Translations under genes and position numbers: made by a program | Notes under the pieces: generated by a model | Seen by the model: only the letters and a program-made list of their open reading frames with translations | Told to the model about the DNA's origin: nothing | Databases searched by the model: none | Assembly (NCBI GenBank): GCA_963662335.2 | Contig: CAXXVD010000002.1 | Coordinates: 512,001 to 576,000, forward strand | Direction of reading: 5' to 3' | From: Chloroflexota bacterium | Lineage (GTDB): Bacteria; Chloroflexota; UBA11872; VXOZ01 | Length of the DNA: 64,000 bases | Shown here: in pieces, positions 27,337 to 38,356 of the stretch | Position numbering within the stretch: position 1 is the first letter of the stretch | Layout of the letters: every line of letters begins with the position of its first letter

Positions 27337-28899
27337 TCAGCCGCGCAGCGCGCCCCAGAAGCGGACAAGGTCCTCACGCGGCAGCGCGCGGAGGGCGATG
27401 ACAAGACCGAGATAGACGGCCCCGGCCAGCGCCATGCCGGCCATGGCGGGAAAGTCGCGCGCCAGCCAGGCCACGGCGAACATGCCAACCCCGGCCAGCA
27501 GCGGCCGCCACGCCGCGCCGGCGATGGGCAGCGCAACGCGCTGGCGGCGGGCCACGACGACGAACGGCGCGAGCAGCACGATTTCGGAGAGCACCGTCGT
27601 CACCGCCGCCGCCGCATAGCCGTAAAGCGGAATCAGGACGGCGTTGGCGGCCAGGTTGAAGGCCGTGGCGAGCGCGAAAGCAATGAGGATCCATTTTTGC
27701 TGGTCCAGGGCAATCAGGACGTATTGCGTGATGGCGTTGACATAGCTGAAGGGCAGGAACCAGATGAGAATCGCCAGCGCCGTTGCGCCGTGGGGCAGAA
27801 ACTCGTCACCGCCCAGCAGCCAAATGAAGGGCGCGGCGTAGACGCTGAAGCAGACGGCGCCGCCCACGGCCAGCACGAGCATGAATTGCAGGGCCCGATT
27901 GAGAATGCCCTGCAGGGCGGCGCGGTCGGTCTCGGCAACGCGGGAGAGCGCCGGAAAGAGCGCCAGCACGAGCGTTGACGGCAACAGGGCAAAGGCTTCG
28001 ACGTATTTGTAAGCCGCGCCGTACACGCCCACCTCAGTCTCGCCGCGCAGCAAGTGCAGCATCTGGACGTCGATGCGGAAGAAGAGGAGGTTGAGCAGGG
28101 CGTTGAGCATGAGCGGCAGGGACGCCAGCATCAGCGCGCGGGCCCGTTGCCCGTCCCAGGGCGCGGCGGCGGTCGTATCGCTGGGCAGCGCGCGCAGCAG
28201 GGCGGCGGCGGTGACGACGTTGGCGAGCAGCGCCGTGACGCCCAGTCCCACGTAGCCCCAGCCGAGGCTAATCGCCACCGTGCCCAGGCCTACCGTGAAG
28301 AGCGCGGTGGCAACCTGCACCAGGGCGGTAAAGTCCATGCGCTCGCGGGCGGCAAAGAGGGAACTGGCGGTACCGGCGGCGTTGGCCGGGATGAGCGCAA
28401 CCGCCAGCAAGCCGGCGGTGACGATGGTGGCAACCTCCGCGCGCCCGGCGTACCAATAGGCCAACATGATCAGCAGCACAGTCGGCACGGCGGCCAGCGA
28501 GAGCAGGAACCGGATGCGCCGCACCAGCGCCAGGTATGCGGGGGCCGCGTCCGGGCGCCGGCTCACGTCCCGCGTGAGCAGCACGCCGAGGCCAAAGTCC
28601 GTAAGCGGGCCAAAGTAGCCAATTACGTTGACGGCCACGGCGTAGAGGCCGTAGTCCTGCGGCCCAATGACGCGCAGGTAGTAGGCGGCAAACGCCCACG
28701 AGAGGATGCGCGCCACGACCACGGCCAGCAGCGGCACGAGCGCGTTGCGGGCTATGCGCCGCAGAAAGGCCGGCCCGGCATGAATTGCTGATTCGGCCGT
28801 TACCGTGCGCCGGGCGAGCCACCCGAACATGAGCAAGGCAAGCGCAGTGAGCGCCGCGCCGCCGCCGAGGAACAGTGCGAAGGGAATCTGCTGAATCAC
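27337..28899 (-). CDS. Wzx/MOP-family flippase
   Basis: Many TM segments; IGPQDYGLY, TDFGL, FRIDVQML..EVGVYGAAY and LIPLYG. Confidence 0.85.
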   Translation of the reverse strand: MIQQIPFALFLGGGAALTALALLMFGWLARRTVTAESAIHAGPAFLRRIARNALVPLLAVVVARILSWAFAAYYLRVIGPQDYGLYAVAVNVIGYFGPLTDFGLGVLLTRDVSRRPDAAPAYLALVRRIRFLLSLAAVPTVLLIMLAYWYAGRAEVATIVTAGLLAVALIPANAAGTASSLFAARERMDFTALVQVATALFTVGLGTVAISLGWGYVGLGVTALLANVVTAAALLRALPSDTTAAAPWDGQRARALMLASLPLMLNALLNLLFFRIDVQMLHLLRGETEVGVYGAAYKYVEAFALLPSTLVLALFPALSRVAETDRAALQGILNRALQFMLVLAVGGAVCFSVYAAPFIWLLGGDEFLPHGATALAILIWFLPFSYVNAITQYVLIALDQQKWILIAFALATAFNLAANAVLIPLYGYAAAAVTTVLSEIVLLAPFVVVARRQRVALPIAGAAWRPLLAGVGMFAVAWLARDFPAMAGMALAGAVYLGLVIALRALPREDLVRFWGALRG

Positions 28900-28915
28900 G
28901 AACCTGCCGGGTGCA

Positions 28916-29257
28916 TCACTGCAAGAGAGCGTTGACCTTGCCTAAGACCGCGCTTACGACCTGCGTAGAAACCTGGCACGCGCAGCGAGCGCGCCTGGCC
29001 CGCCAGTCGAGGCTCTTGATTTGGTCGGCGAGCACGACACCGGTAATTTCGCCGGTAGGAGGAAGAGTGACCTCAAAGGGGTATCCTTTGACTTGCGAGG
29101 TAATGGGGCAGAACAGTGCGAGGCCGGCTTTCTCATTGTAGGCCGCCGGACTCAGCACCAGAGCGGGACGGCGGCCGGCCTGTTCGTGCCCAGACTGTGG
29201 ACTGAAGCGCAGCCGAACTATTTCGCCTCTGGCGGGAATATAGTCGCTGTCTACCAT
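28916..29257 (-). CDS. mazF: MazF/PemK endoribonuclease toxin
   Basis: PARGEIV..FSPQSGHEQAGRRPALVLSP..CPITSQVKGYPFEV..ADQIKSLDWRAR. Confidence 0.93.
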   Translation of the reverse strand: MVDSDYIPARGEIVRLRFSPQSGHEQAGRRPALVLSPAAYNEKAGLALFCPITSQVKGYPFEVTLPPTGEITGVVLADQIKSLDWRARRARCACQVSTQVVSAVLGKVNALLQ

Positions 29258-29490
29258 GCTTCGCCGCCCTGGGCCGGACCGGAATCCTGTTCAGAATGGA
29301 GATTGTCGGCTGTCACCTGAGCCAGCATATCAGCAAGATCATAGGACTCCTTGCGCAGTACGATATGATCGCCGCGCGGGATGATCTCGATCGCGGAGCC
29401 CTCGCGCACGTTCCACCGGCGCGCCACAGTCTCAGGAATGCGGATGATGAGGCTGGCGCCCAATTTGGAAACACGTAAGCGTGTGCTCAT
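29251..29490 (-). CDS. mazE: AbrB/MazE-family antitoxin
   Basis: KLGASLIIRIP, YDLADMLAQVTADNLHSE and GPAQGGEAW. Overlaps the mazF start. Confidence 0.88.
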   Translation of the reverse strand: MSTRLRVSKLGASLIIRIPETVARRWNVREGSAIEIIPRGDHIVLRKESYDLADMLAQVTADNLHSEQDSGPAQGGEAW

Positions 29491-29616
29491 GAGAACGTCT
29501 CCTTTCAGGTAATGGCACACTTTGGCGGCTGCTAGGCGGTAAGTAGAGTAGGCGCCCTCGCAAGACCGAACGCCGTGTGCGGAACAAGCGCTCTTCCCGT
29601 ATTTGAACTCGCTAGA

Positions 29617-30192
29617 TTACCGAGGAGAGGCGACGCCCTGGTACAAATCAGTCAGGTTGAGGTTGAATCCGGCCAGCGTGGGCGAAGTCAACACCTGTCC
29701 TTCGCCGTAGACGTCCACAACCCGGTAGCGCTCTTCGCGCAGAAGCAGCACCGTCACTGTCCACGCAACGGGATCCACCAACCAGTATTCGCTTACGCCG
29801 TGCCGCGCGTACAGGTCCCGTTTGCTCGTCCAGTCAGTCCTGGCAGTGGAATCGGAGAGAACTTCGACGACGAGAGCCGGCGCTCCCTGGATGTTGGCGG
29901 CGGTGACAATGTGCGCCCGCTCATTGGAGACGAAAAGCAGGTCGGGCTGCGTCACGACGGTTTCCGAGAGCACGACGTCGCAGGGAGCAAGGAGGACTTC
30001 CCCGAGACCGTTCGCTCTGACAAATGCAGAGAGCGCCCACCCGAGTTCGCGGACGACCCGCTGGTGGGCAATGTTCGGCGCGGTCTTTTCGACTAATTCT
30101 CCGTCAAGCAGTTCATAGCGGCGGTCGTCCGGCGTTTGCGCATAGTCTGCATAGGTAAGCACGGCCTTGGGCTGTGCGCTAGCCGCTTTCAT
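29617..30192 (-). CDS. Uma2 (DUF820) family endonuclease-like protein
   Basis: LTYADY..RYELLDGEL, QPDLLFV, PALVVEVLS and KRDLYARHGVSEYWLVDP. Confidence 0.9.
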   Translation of the reverse strand: MKAASAQPKAVLTYADYAQTPDDRRYELLDGELVEKTAPNIAHQRVVRELGWALSAFVRANGLGEVLLAPCDVVLSETVVTQPDLLFVSNERAHIVTAANIQGAPALVVEVLSDSTARTDWTSKRDLYARHGVSEYWLVDPVAWTVTVLLLREERYRVVDVYGEGQVLTSPTLAGFNLNLTDLYQGVASPR

Positions 30193-30312
30193 TGGAACTC
30201 CTCCTCGTGACGGGGCCAACTCGTTAACTGAGATTGAGTTCGCGCCGCCTGATTGCTCCACTCTCGCTATCGAGAATAGCCGCCGCGTGGGTTGAAGGCC
30301 CGCGCATAACGG

Positions 30313-30669
30313 TCAGTCCGTTTGCGGCGGGCCGGCTTCCAGCGGATAGCCGTCTTGCTGCCAGCCGACGATGCCGGGGCCGAGGTTGTAGAGGTCTTCA
30401 AGGCCCATGGCGGCGGCGATTTCGCAGGCAACCTGGCTGCTCTGGCCCACGTCGCAGACGAAGATGATCTTGTCGTCTGCTAGAAACTCCCACGGCTTTT
30501 GCAGGAGTTCGGGCAAGGGGGCCAGGGTGGAGTTGGGGATGCGAGCCTGGGCGAATTGGATGGGCGTGCGCACGTCGATGACCTGGTACTCGCCGCTGTC
30601 GATCATCTGCCGCGCTTCCGCGCTGTCCACCGTGCCAAAAGGAATGTCGGTATCTGCTTGCTGCGCCAT
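30313..30669 (-). CDS. Single-domain rhodanese-like protein
   Basis: VIDVRTP..ARIPNS, FVCDVGQSS and YNLGPGIVGW. Confidence 0.8.
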   Translation of the reverse strand: MAQQADTDIPFGTVDSAEARQMIDSGEYQVIDVRTPIQFAQARIPNSTLAPLPELLQKPWEFLADDKIIFVCDVGQSSQVACEIAAAMGLEDLYNLGPGIVGWQQDGYPLEAGPPQTD

Positions 30670-30986
30670 AGAGAGCCTCCGGAAAGTTAAATGCTACCGT
30701 ATCCATTCTATACGAACCGGCGCCGCTCGACACCGTTTGCGCGCTATGCCAGTTTAGCGGCCTCTTATGCAAGTAAAGGCGCTCAGGAGAGATTGCGCGG
30801 CGCGTATTTCCGGTGCGGCAGGATGGATTCGCGAGACCAATCCGCTTGCGCCGCGCCGACGCGGCCTGCGCCATTTCTCTATACTGTATGGCAATTGCGG
30901 CGACGTGGCTCATTGCTCGGACAAACGCGTAGCATGGCCGCCGTTTGGCGCATCGTCCCAATAGACATGAAAGGGAGAGTGCTCTC

Positions 30987-32018
30987 GTGAGTGACGTGTT
31001 CGATTTCGATACGTACATCATGGCGTACTACGACAAACATCCGCCTTTAATGCACTTTGCCGGCGAGAGCCGGGATGAGTGGTACGTCTGGCAGCAACGC
31101 TTACGTACCAAACTGCTTGAACTCATGGAGCCGTTTCCCGAGCAGACGCCGCTGGACGCGCGCGTCGTCGAGGAGCGGGAACAGTTCGGCGTGCACTACG
31201 AGAAAGTGGTGTATACCACCGCCGAAGACGTGCAGGTCCCGGCGTGGTTGCTCATCCCGGAGAACGTGGCAACGCCGGCGCCAGGCATCATTTGTCTGCA
31301 CGGCCACGGGGGGCCGTACGGCAAAGATCCCGTGGCGCACGTGGATCATGGCAAAGAGGAACTCGCGCGGGCGATCAAGAACTACAACTATGACTATGGC
31401 CTGCAGCTAGCCAAACGCGGCTTTGTAACGCTCTGTCCCGATGCGCGCGGCTTTGGCGAGCGCAGAGAAGGCTTTCGGCGTTTCGGCAATCGGGACGGCT
31501 GCAACGTGAACGGCATCATGACCTTCCTCTTCGGCATGAACCTCACGGCGTTGAACACGTGGGACGATATGCGCGGTCTTGACTATCTCGGGAGCCGCCC
31601 GGAAGTGGACGGGGACCGGCTCGGTTGCATCGGCTTATCCCTTGGCGGCACGCGCTCGATGTACCTCTCGGCGGTCGACGAGCGCGTAAAAGCGTCCACC
31701 GTGGTCTGCTATTTGACCACCTTCAAGCAGTACGCCCTGAAGCAGGGGAACTTCTGCGGCTCGCAGTTCGTGCCGGGGGTCTTGCGATACGCGGAAGTGG
31801 CGGACATATGCGGCCTGGTCGCGCCGCGGCCCCTCCTCATCGAGTCCGGCATACAAGACGGAGGCTTTCCGATTGAGGCGGCGCGTGAGGCGTATGCACA
31901 CTTGGAAACCATCTACGCGGCGGCGCAGGTATCGGAGAGCCTCTGGCTAGACGAATTCGACGGCGGGCACCGGTTCAGCGGCGCCAAGGCCTTCGATTTC
32001 TTCAACGCGTATCTGTAA
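30987..32018 (+). CDS. Alpha/beta hydrolase (dienelactone hydrolase/abhydrolase-7-like), copy 1
   Basis: ICLHGHG, DARGFGER, nucleophile elbow GLSLGG, APRPLL and DGGH. Confidence 0.85.
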   Translation: MSDVFDFDTYIMAYYDKHPPLMHFAGESRDEWYVWQQRLRTKLLELMEPFPEQTPLDARVVEEREQFGVHYEKVVYTTAEDVQVPAWLLIPENVATPAPGIICLHGHGGPYGKDPVAHVDHGKEELARAIKNYNYDYGLQLAKRGFVTLCPDARGFGERREGFRRFGNRDGCNVNGIMTFLFGMNLTALNTWDDMRGLDYLGSRPEVDGDRLGCIGLSLGGTRSMYLSAVDERVKASTVVCYLTTFKQYALKQGNFCGSQFVPGVLRYAEVADICGLVAPRPLLIESGIQDGGFPIEAAREAYAHLETIYAAAQVSESLWLDEFDGGHRFSGAKAFDFFNAYL

Positions 32019-32380
32019 GGCGGCGCCTCTGGGGGAGGTTGCGGCGCTTCGCGCAGGGCACAACGCGGCGCTGGCGACCGAGCCCAGGTATGCCTCCCCA
32101 AAGAGAGTTCTCCGCATACCGTCTCGCTGCCTATGGCGTCAACGGGCACAGCGTCTTTCCCTGATCGGCCGGCCTGTTTTGGCTCGTGCCGTCGTTTAGT
32201 CCCGCCCGCACACAGCCCTCTGCCAGGTTGCATGAGAGGCGCTACTGCAGGCTCTTGCTTTACGGCTGGGCTTGGCAGAGAGGTGCGATTGCAGCTATGG
32301 ATGAGAATTGGTGCGGTCTGTGGCGGGGTTGAGTAAGCGTATTGTAAGTATTCGGTGTGTTGAAGCAGGAGATGCACCCC

Positions 32381-33409
32381 ATGAGCGATGTTCTTGATTT
32401 CGATTCGTACATCATGGCGTACTACGATAAGCATGCCCCGTTGCTGCGCTTTGCCGGCGAGAGCCGGGATGAGTGGTACACGTGGCAACAGCGCTTGCGC
32501 GCCAAGCTGCTCGATCTCATGGAGCCATTCCCCGAGCAGGCGCCGCTGGAGGCGCGGGTCGTCGCGGAGCGGGAGCAGTTTGGCGTGCACTACGAAAAAG
32601 TGGTGTACACCACCTCGGAAGACGTGCAGGTACCGGCGTGGCTTTTGATCCCGGATGACGTAGCGCAGCCTGCTCCCGGTATCATCTGCTTGCACGGTCA
32701 CGGCTTTGACGGCAAGGATAACGTGGCGCACGTGGACTACGGTGAGGAAGAAAGGGCCCGGACGATCGAACGCGCCAATTATGACTACGGCCTGCAGCTT
32801 GCCAAGCGCGGTTATGTGACCCTGTGCCCCGATGCGCGCGGCTTTGGCGAGCGCGGAGAAGACTTTCGGCGCTACGGCAAACGCGACGGCTGTAACGTGA
32901 ACGGCATCAAGACCTTCCTCTTCGGGATGAACCTGATGGCGCTCAATACCTGGGACGACATGCGCGGCCTGGACTACCTGGCCAGCCGCCCGGAAGTGGA
33001 TGCGGACCGGCTGGGCTGCATCGGCCTCTCGTTTGGGGGCACGCGCTCCATGTACCTGGCGGCGGTGGACGAGCGCGTGAAAGCGGCTGACGTGGTCTGC
33101 TATCTGACCACGTTCAAGCAGTACGCGCTGAAGCAGGGGAACTTCTGCGGCTCGCAGTTCGTGCCGGGGGTCTTGCGATACGCGGAAGTGGCGGACATCT
33201 GCGGCCTGGTCGCACCGCGGCCGCTGCTGATCGAGTCGGGCATTCATGACGGAGGCTTTCCGATCGAGGCCGCGCGCGAGGCGTACGCCCACCTGGAGCG
33301 CATCTACGCGGCGGCGCAGGTACCGGAAAGCCTCTGGTTGGACGAATTCGACGGCGGGCACCAATTCAGCGGCGCGAAAGCCTTCGACTTCTTCAACGCC
33401 TACCTGTAG
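32381..33409 (+). CDS. Alpha/beta hydrolase, copy 2 (tandem paralogue)
   Basis: Highly similar to 30987-32018; elbow GLSFGG. Confidence 0.85.
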   Translation: MSDVLDFDSYIMAYYDKHAPLLRFAGESRDEWYTWQQRLRAKLLDLMEPFPEQAPLEARVVAEREQFGVHYEKVVYTTSEDVQVPAWLLIPDDVAQPAPGIICLHGHGFDGKDNVAHVDYGEEERARTIERANYDYGLQLAKRGYVTLCPDARGFGERGEDFRRYGKRDGCNVNGIKTFLFGMNLMALNTWDDMRGLDYLASRPEVDADRLGCIGLSFGGTRSMYLAAVDERVKAADVVCYLTTFKQYALKQGNFCGSQFVPGVLRYAEVADICGLVAPRPLLIESGIHDGGFPIEAAREAYAHLERIYAAAQVPESLWLDEFDGGHQFSGAKAFDFFNAYL

Positions 33410-33693
33410 GACGGAGATCGCGCCAGGCGCAGGCCGCGGGCGTTGTGGTGCAGCCGGTTGCGGCGCACCATCCGGCTGCGGCCGCCCAGACCGAGAATGC
33501 CCGTAGACGCCACCTCGGCGTAGACCGTCTCCTTGCTGGCCGTGTCCACCATGACGGCGCGAACCGTGCCGAGCAAGCGGTTCTTGTCGTCGTACACCCG
33601 CAGGCCGCGCAGGTCCTGGAACTGCGTATCGGGCGTGTCTGCCAACTCTTGCTCGTAGCGGCGGAGCGACATGTCTTTTCCCTTCTTCCTCAC
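33400..33693 (-). CDS. PRC-barrel domain protein
   Basis: DLRGLRVYD..LGTVRAVMVD..VYAEVASTGILGLGG. Confidence 0.7.
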   Translation of the reverse strand: MRKKGKDMSLRRYEQELADTPDTQFQDLRGLRVYDDKNRLLGTVRAVMVDTASKETVYAEVASTGILGLGGRSRMVRRNRLHHNARGLRLARSPSYR

Positions 33694-33802
33694 TGCTAAT
33701 CGCTCTTCATTCCCTACTTAACACTGTGCCGGGGAAGTGTGAGAGCAACGTGAGAAAGAGTTTGCCGCCAGGTTAAAGCGCGGTGATTGGGCGGAAAGAG
33801 TC

Positions 33803-35113
33803 CTACGCCGGCTGCGCGGCTTCTGCCGCGACCGGCGTCGGTTCCGCCGTGTCGTCCACGCGGAAGATGAACCAGGCGGCAATTGCCATCATGGGCAAGA
33901 AGGCGGCCACGGCGGCCGGGCGGCCCCAGCCGAGGCCGTCGGCAATCAGCGCCCAGAGCAGGGGGCCGATGATGGCGGCAAAGCGCCCCACCATGGCGTA
34001 GAGGCCGTAGAACTGGCCGATGTGCTGCGGCGGCGCCAGGCGCAGCATCAAGGGACGGTCGGCGGCCCACGTGCTGCCGAGCGAGAAGCCGCCAAGCGCC
34101 GCTGCTCCCCAGATGATGTTGGACGTGAGGTTGAAGAAGGGCACGACAATGGCCAGCGTAATGGCTACGGCCCATACCCCGATTACGATTAGCAGCGACG
34201 GCCGCGGCCCAATCCAGTCCACCACGAAGCCCCACGACAACCCGCCCAGCATGGCCGTGGTGATGCCCAGCATGAGCGCCAGTTGCGCCTGCGTCTCGGT
34301 AAAGTCCACTTCGTTCGTCAGGTAGATGCCCATGAAGATGATGAACGTGTTGGCGGCATCGGTATAGAAGACCCGGCCGATGAGAAAGCGCCGCAGGTTT
34401 GGCAGTCTGTCGAGGCGGGCAAGCGTGTTGCGCAAGTCGTGGAGCGTGCGCTTTACGGCCTCGCGGCCCAGGAAGACCGTGCCGGCGCGGGGGTTCTCGC
34501 GCACCCAGAGGAAGCACGGCAGGGCAAACAAGAGAAAGAGCACCGCCGTGAGCTTGAACACCAGCGGTTTGTCGGCGGGGTTTTCCTCAAGAATAGTGAG
34601 CCCCAGCAGGTTGTCCAAGACCATGAGCCCCATCAGCACGCCGATGAAGGAACCCATGTAGCCGATGCCCACGCCAAAGCCGCCCACGCGCCCGCGGTTG
34701 GTCTCGGTGCTCACCACCGGCAGCAGCGAGTCGTAGAAGATTAGGCCGGACTGGTAGAAGGTGTTGGCAACGATGAAGATGACGAGCGCCAGGAAGATTC
34801 CGGTGATGCCCAGCAGCAACGTCGCCGCGCAGCAGATGAGCGTTGAAACGACGAGAAACGGCATCCGGCGGGGGGTCTGATCCGAGAGCGCGCCCAGGAA
34901 CGGCGCGACCAGGAAGACGATGAACATGGAGAGGCTGTTGGCCAGCGCGTAGTCGCTGTCCCTCCCGCCCATGTCGTTCACGACCCACAGCGAGAAGTAG
35001 AGCGACACGATGTTCATCGAGAAGATCGTGTTCGCCAGGTCGTAGAGCACCCAGCTTCCTACCGATAGGAGCCTTGGGCGGTCAGGCGCGGCTGTGGCGG
35101 TTGCGGCGGCCAT
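33803..35113 (-). CDS. MFS transporter (UMF1/Atg22-like)
   Basis: SWVLYDLANT, APFLGALSD, FYDSLLP, RGRVGGFG and GQFYGLY; about 12 TM segments. Confidence 0.85.
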   Translation of the reverse strand: MAAATATAAPDRPRLLSVGSWVLYDLANTIFSMNIVSLYFSLWVVNDMGGRDSDYALANSLSMFIVFLVAPFLGALSDQTPRRMPFLVVSTLICCAATLLLGITGIFLALVIFIVANTFYQSGLIFYDSLLPVVSTETNRGRVGGFGVGIGYMGSFIGVLMGLMVLDNLLGLTILEENPADKPLVFKLTAVLFLLFALPCFLWVRENPRAGTVFLGREAVKRTLHDLRNTLARLDRLPNLRRFLIGRVFYTDAANTFIIFMGIYLTNEVDFTETQAQLALMLGITTAMLGGLSWGFVVDWIGPRPSLLIVIGVWAVAITLAIVVPFFNLTSNIIWGAAALGGFSLGSTWAADRPLMLRLAPPQHIGQFYGLYAMVGRFAAIIGPLLWALIADGLGWGRPAAVAAFLPMMAIAAWFIFRVDDTAEPTPVAAEAAQPA

Positions 35114-35323
35114 GGTTGCTTGGCGGCGCTCCTATGGGTAGGCAATCATTCGACTGATGGGTCGGCGGCGGCGCGCGGCGGGAACTCCCTTGCCGCAGAC
35201 ACGCGCACGCGCGGCTGTTGGGAGTATAGCAGGTGCGGCTACGGAATACACGGCGGCAGAACTCTCCGGAGAGCGAGCGCTGTCGGCTGGGCCGCACTGC
35301 GAGCCGCGGGCCTACCCGCCGGC

Positions 35324-36130
35324 TTAAGCGTACGGCGCGTCTAGTTCTTGGAGAATAGACGTAGCGAGAGCCGCCATGCCTTCGACCTGGGACACGTGGC
35401 GGTCGTAGGCGTCCGGAGAGACCCGTGTGTCGATGTATTCGACAGAGAGCGGCCCCGCGTAGCCGCACCGCGTGAGGCCGCGCAGGATGCCGGCAAAGTC
35501 GACACACCCCTGGCCGGGCGGCACGAGGATTTCGTCAAGCGTGTTGCCGGCGTCGCGCAAGTGGACGATGCGCGTGTGCGGAAACGTCGCGGAGAAGTCG
35601 CGGCCCTGCCAGGGGCCGGCGTAGAAGTGCGAAGGGTCCAGGGCAAGGCCGAGGTTCGGCGCGGACTCTGCCAGCCGCACGGCCACTGCCGGTAGTTCAG
35701 TGAGACAGTTGACGTGGGTTTCGAGGCACAGCGTGACGTTATGGCCGGCGGCAATGGCGGCAAGGCGCCGGAGTTCGTCGATTGCCGTATCCAGGGGCGT
35801 GCCGTTGGCGGGCGCATTGATGCAGATCGCGTAAAGTTCGTGAGAGGCGGCCAGGGCGCAAACGGCCGCAGTTTGCTCTGCCAGCGAAACGTCCGCGTTC
35901 CGGTCAAGCCCCACGTTCATGGCGCACAACGTGAGGTTCGCCCGCTCCAATCCGCGCCGGAGGGAAGCGGCGATGCTTTCACCGGAGCGGGCAAGCGCCG
36001 GGGCGCTCCCGTGCGCCCAATTCTGCACGCCCAGATCGACATAACGAAAGCCCAATCGCGCTATGCGCGCGAGTGCCTCGTCCAGCGGTTGTTGTGTGAA
36101 GCAGAGCGTAGAGCAGGCAAGTCTCAGCAT
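35324..36130 (-). CDS. Sugar phosphate isomerase/epimerase (xylose isomerase-like TIM barrel)
   Basis: CLETH, LDPSH, HLRD, PGQGCVDF and GYAGPLSVEY. Confidence 0.8.
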   Translation of the reverse strand: MLRLACSTLCFTQQPLDEALARIARLGFRYVDLGVQNWAHGSAPALARSGESIAASLRRGLERANLTLCAMNVGLDRNADVSLAEQTAAVCALAASHELYAICINAPANGTPLDTAIDELRRLAAIAAGHNVTLCLETHVNCLTELPAVAVRLAESAPNLGLALDPSHFYAGPWQGRDFSATFPHTRIVHLRDAGNTLDEILVPPGQGCVDFAGILRGLTRCGYAGPLSVEYIDTRVSPDAYDRHVSQVEGMAALATSILQELDAPYA

Positions 36131-36251
36131 GAGCTTGGCGAGATCTCCCGGTCCCGCGCGCTGGGCGCGACCATACCGTCGTACTTAGTCATCGAGTGGC
36201 CCCAGAGCGCGGCGCGCGACAATTGCACTCCCAGGCGCGCGCCTTCCACGG

Positions 36252-37073
36252 CTACGGCGCCCGCGTCGTCGCCGCGCGCATGGCGCGGACGAGGTCGGTG
36301 AGCGCGTCGTAGCGCCGCGCCGCCGGGGTCTCGTCTAGGAGGTTGATCAAGGCGCTGGCGCTGACCACGCCCTCGGCCAACTGAGCGATCGTGGCCACGT
36401 GTTCGGGACGGGAGACGCCGAATCCTACCGCCAGCGGTAGGTCGGTATGCTCCCGCACGCGGGCCAGGAAGTCGGGCAGCGCGGCGGAGAGTTGCTCGCG
36501 CGCGCCGGTGACGCCGGTGAGCGAGACGCAGTAGACGAAGCCGCTGCCCGCTTGGACGTTGGCCCGGATGCGCGACTCGGTGCTGGTGGGCGCGAGGAGC
36601 GGGATGAGGTCGAGGCCGTGGGCACGGGCCAGGCGGGCGAACTCCTGCCCCTCCTCCGGCGGCAAATCGGGAACAATGAAGCCGTCCAGGCCGATTTCCG
36701 CCGCTTCCGCCGCGATGCGCTCCAGGCCGTAGTGCAGAAACGGATTGTAGTAGCCCATGAATACGAGCGGGGTTTCCACGCCATCGTCCCGCAACTCGCG
36801 CACCAGGTTGAGCGCCATGCCTAGGGTCGTGCCCTGGTCGAGGGCGGTTTGCGAGGCGTGCTGGATGGTGGCGCCGTCGGCGAGCGGGTCGGAGAAGGGA
36901 ATGCCGAGTTCTACCACGTCCGTGCCGCCGGCCAGCAGCGCGCGCACGACGTCTTTCGTCTCCGCCGGCGTGGGATAGCCGACGGTGGCAAAGGTGAGCA
37001 GCGCGGCGCGGTTCTCGGCTTTGGCCTGGGCAAAGGCGGCGGCAAGGCGGCTTGTTTGACGAGATTGGCTCAC
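36252..37073 (-). CDS. trpA: Tryptophan synthase alpha chain
   Basis: [27 protein letters not shown] and VGFGV. The GTG start overlaps the trpB stop. Confidence 0.95.
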   Translation of the reverse strand: MSQSRQTSRLAAAFAQAKAENRAALLTFATVGYPTPAETKDVVRALLAGGTDVVELGIPFSDPLADGATIQHASQTALDQGTTLGMALNLVRELRDDGVETPLVFMGYYNPFLHYGLERIAAEAAEIGLDGFIVPDLPPEEGQEFARLARAHGLDLIPLLAPTSTESRIRANVQAGSGFVYCVSLTGVTGAREQLSAALPDFLARVREHTDLPLAVGFGVSRPEHVATIAQLAEGVVSASALINLLDETPAARRYDALTDLVRAMRAATTRAP

Positions 37074-38287
37074 AGTTCCACCCCCAGTCCCTCGGCCACG
37101 ATGGTCATGTCCTTGTCGCCCCGGCCGGAGAGGTTGACCAGCACAATCTGATCCTGCGGAAGCGCACTGGCCAGTTGCGCGGCGTGGTACATGGCATGGG
37201 CGGGTTCCAAGGCCGGGATGATGCCTTCCGTCCGGCACAGATGTTGAAAGCCTTCCAGGGCCTGCGCGTCCGTTACGCCCACGTATTCCGCGCGCCCCAG
37301 GTCTTTCAAGTAACTGTGCTCGGGGCCGACGCCGGGGTAGTCCAGACCGGCGGAGATGCTATGGGGCTCGTAGATTTGCCCCTCGTCGTCTTGCAGCAAG
37401 TAGCTCTTCGCGCCGTGGAGGGTGCCGGGTGTGCCGGCCACCAGCGTCGCGGCGTGCGCGCCGCTCTCGAGGCCGTGGCCGGCGGCTTCTACCCCGATCA
37501 GGCGCACCTCCGCGTCATCCAGGAAGGGATAGAAAATGCCGATGGCGTTGCTGCCGCCGCCGACACAGGCCACCACCGCATCGGGCAGACGCCCCAGTTG
37601 CGCCAGGCATTGCTCACGAGATTCCCGGCCGATGACGCTTTGCAAGTCGCGCACGATTGTCGGATACGGGTGCGGGCCGACCACCGAGCCGATGATGTAG
37701 TGGGTGGTCTCGACGTTGGTGACCCAATCGCGGATGGTCTCGTTGATGGCGTCTTTGAGCGTGCGGCTGCCGGACATAACTGGAATAACGGTGGCGCCGA
37801 GCAACTTCATGCGGAAGACGTTGAGCGTTTGGCGGTGCACGTCCACCTCGCCCATGTAGACGATGCACTCCAGGCCGAGTTTGGCGCAGGCGGCGGCGGT
37901 GGCCACGCCGTGCTGTCCCGCGCCGGTCTCGGCGATGATGCGGGTGCGGCCGATGCGCTGGGCCAGCAGCGCCTGGCCGAGAGCATTGTTGATCTTGTGC
38001 GCGCCGGTGTGGGCCAGGTCTTCGCGCTTGAGGTAGATTTGCGCGCCGCCGATTTCGTCGCTCAGGCGCGCCGCGTGGTAGAGCGGCGTGGGACGGCCCA
38101 CGTAGTGGTCCAGCAGGACGTCAAGCTCGTGCTGAAACGCGGCGTCCACGCGGAAGCGGGCGTAGGCTTCCTCGAGTTCTTCCAAGGCCGGAATGACCGT
38201 TTCGGGGACGTAGCGGCCGCCGTAGTCGCCGAACTGGCCCCGTACGGTGAGTGGTGGTGTCGTCGCCATGAGTTGGCTCCTGTTCAT
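37070..38287 (-). CDS. trpB: Tryptophan synthase beta chain
   Basis: [40 protein letters not shown] and NLSGRGDKD. Confidence 0.97.
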   Translation of the reverse strand: MNRSQLMATTPPLTVRGQFGDYGGRYVPETVIPALEELEEAYARFRVDAAFQHELDVLLDHYVGRPTPLYHAARLSDEIGGAQIYLKREDLAHTGAHKINNALGQALLAQRIGRTRIIAETGAGQHGVATAAACAKLGLECIVYMGEVDVHRQTLNVFRMKLLGATVIPVMSGSRTLKDAINETIRDWVTNVETTHYIIGSVVGPHPYPTIVRDLQSVIGRESREQCLAQLGRLPDAVVACVGGGSNAIGIFYPFLDDAEVRLIGVEAAGHGLESGAHAATLVAGTPGTLHGAKSYLLQDDEGQIYEPHSISAGLDYPGVGPEHSYLKDLGRAEYVGVTDAQALEGFQHLCRTEGIIPALEPAHAMYHAAQLASALPQDQIVLVNLSGRGDKDMTIVAEGLGVEL

Positions 38288-38356
38288 GTTCTCAATGCGC
38301 TGCCCGGCGCGCGGCGCGCCGCGGCGAAGACGTTTTCAATGCAATTGCGCTCGCGC

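Noticed and set aside
36252-37238. N-terminally extended TrpA, and likewise TrpC from 41527
   Set aside because: The extensions overlap trpB or a MITE. The starts at 37073 and 41452 match the family N-termini.
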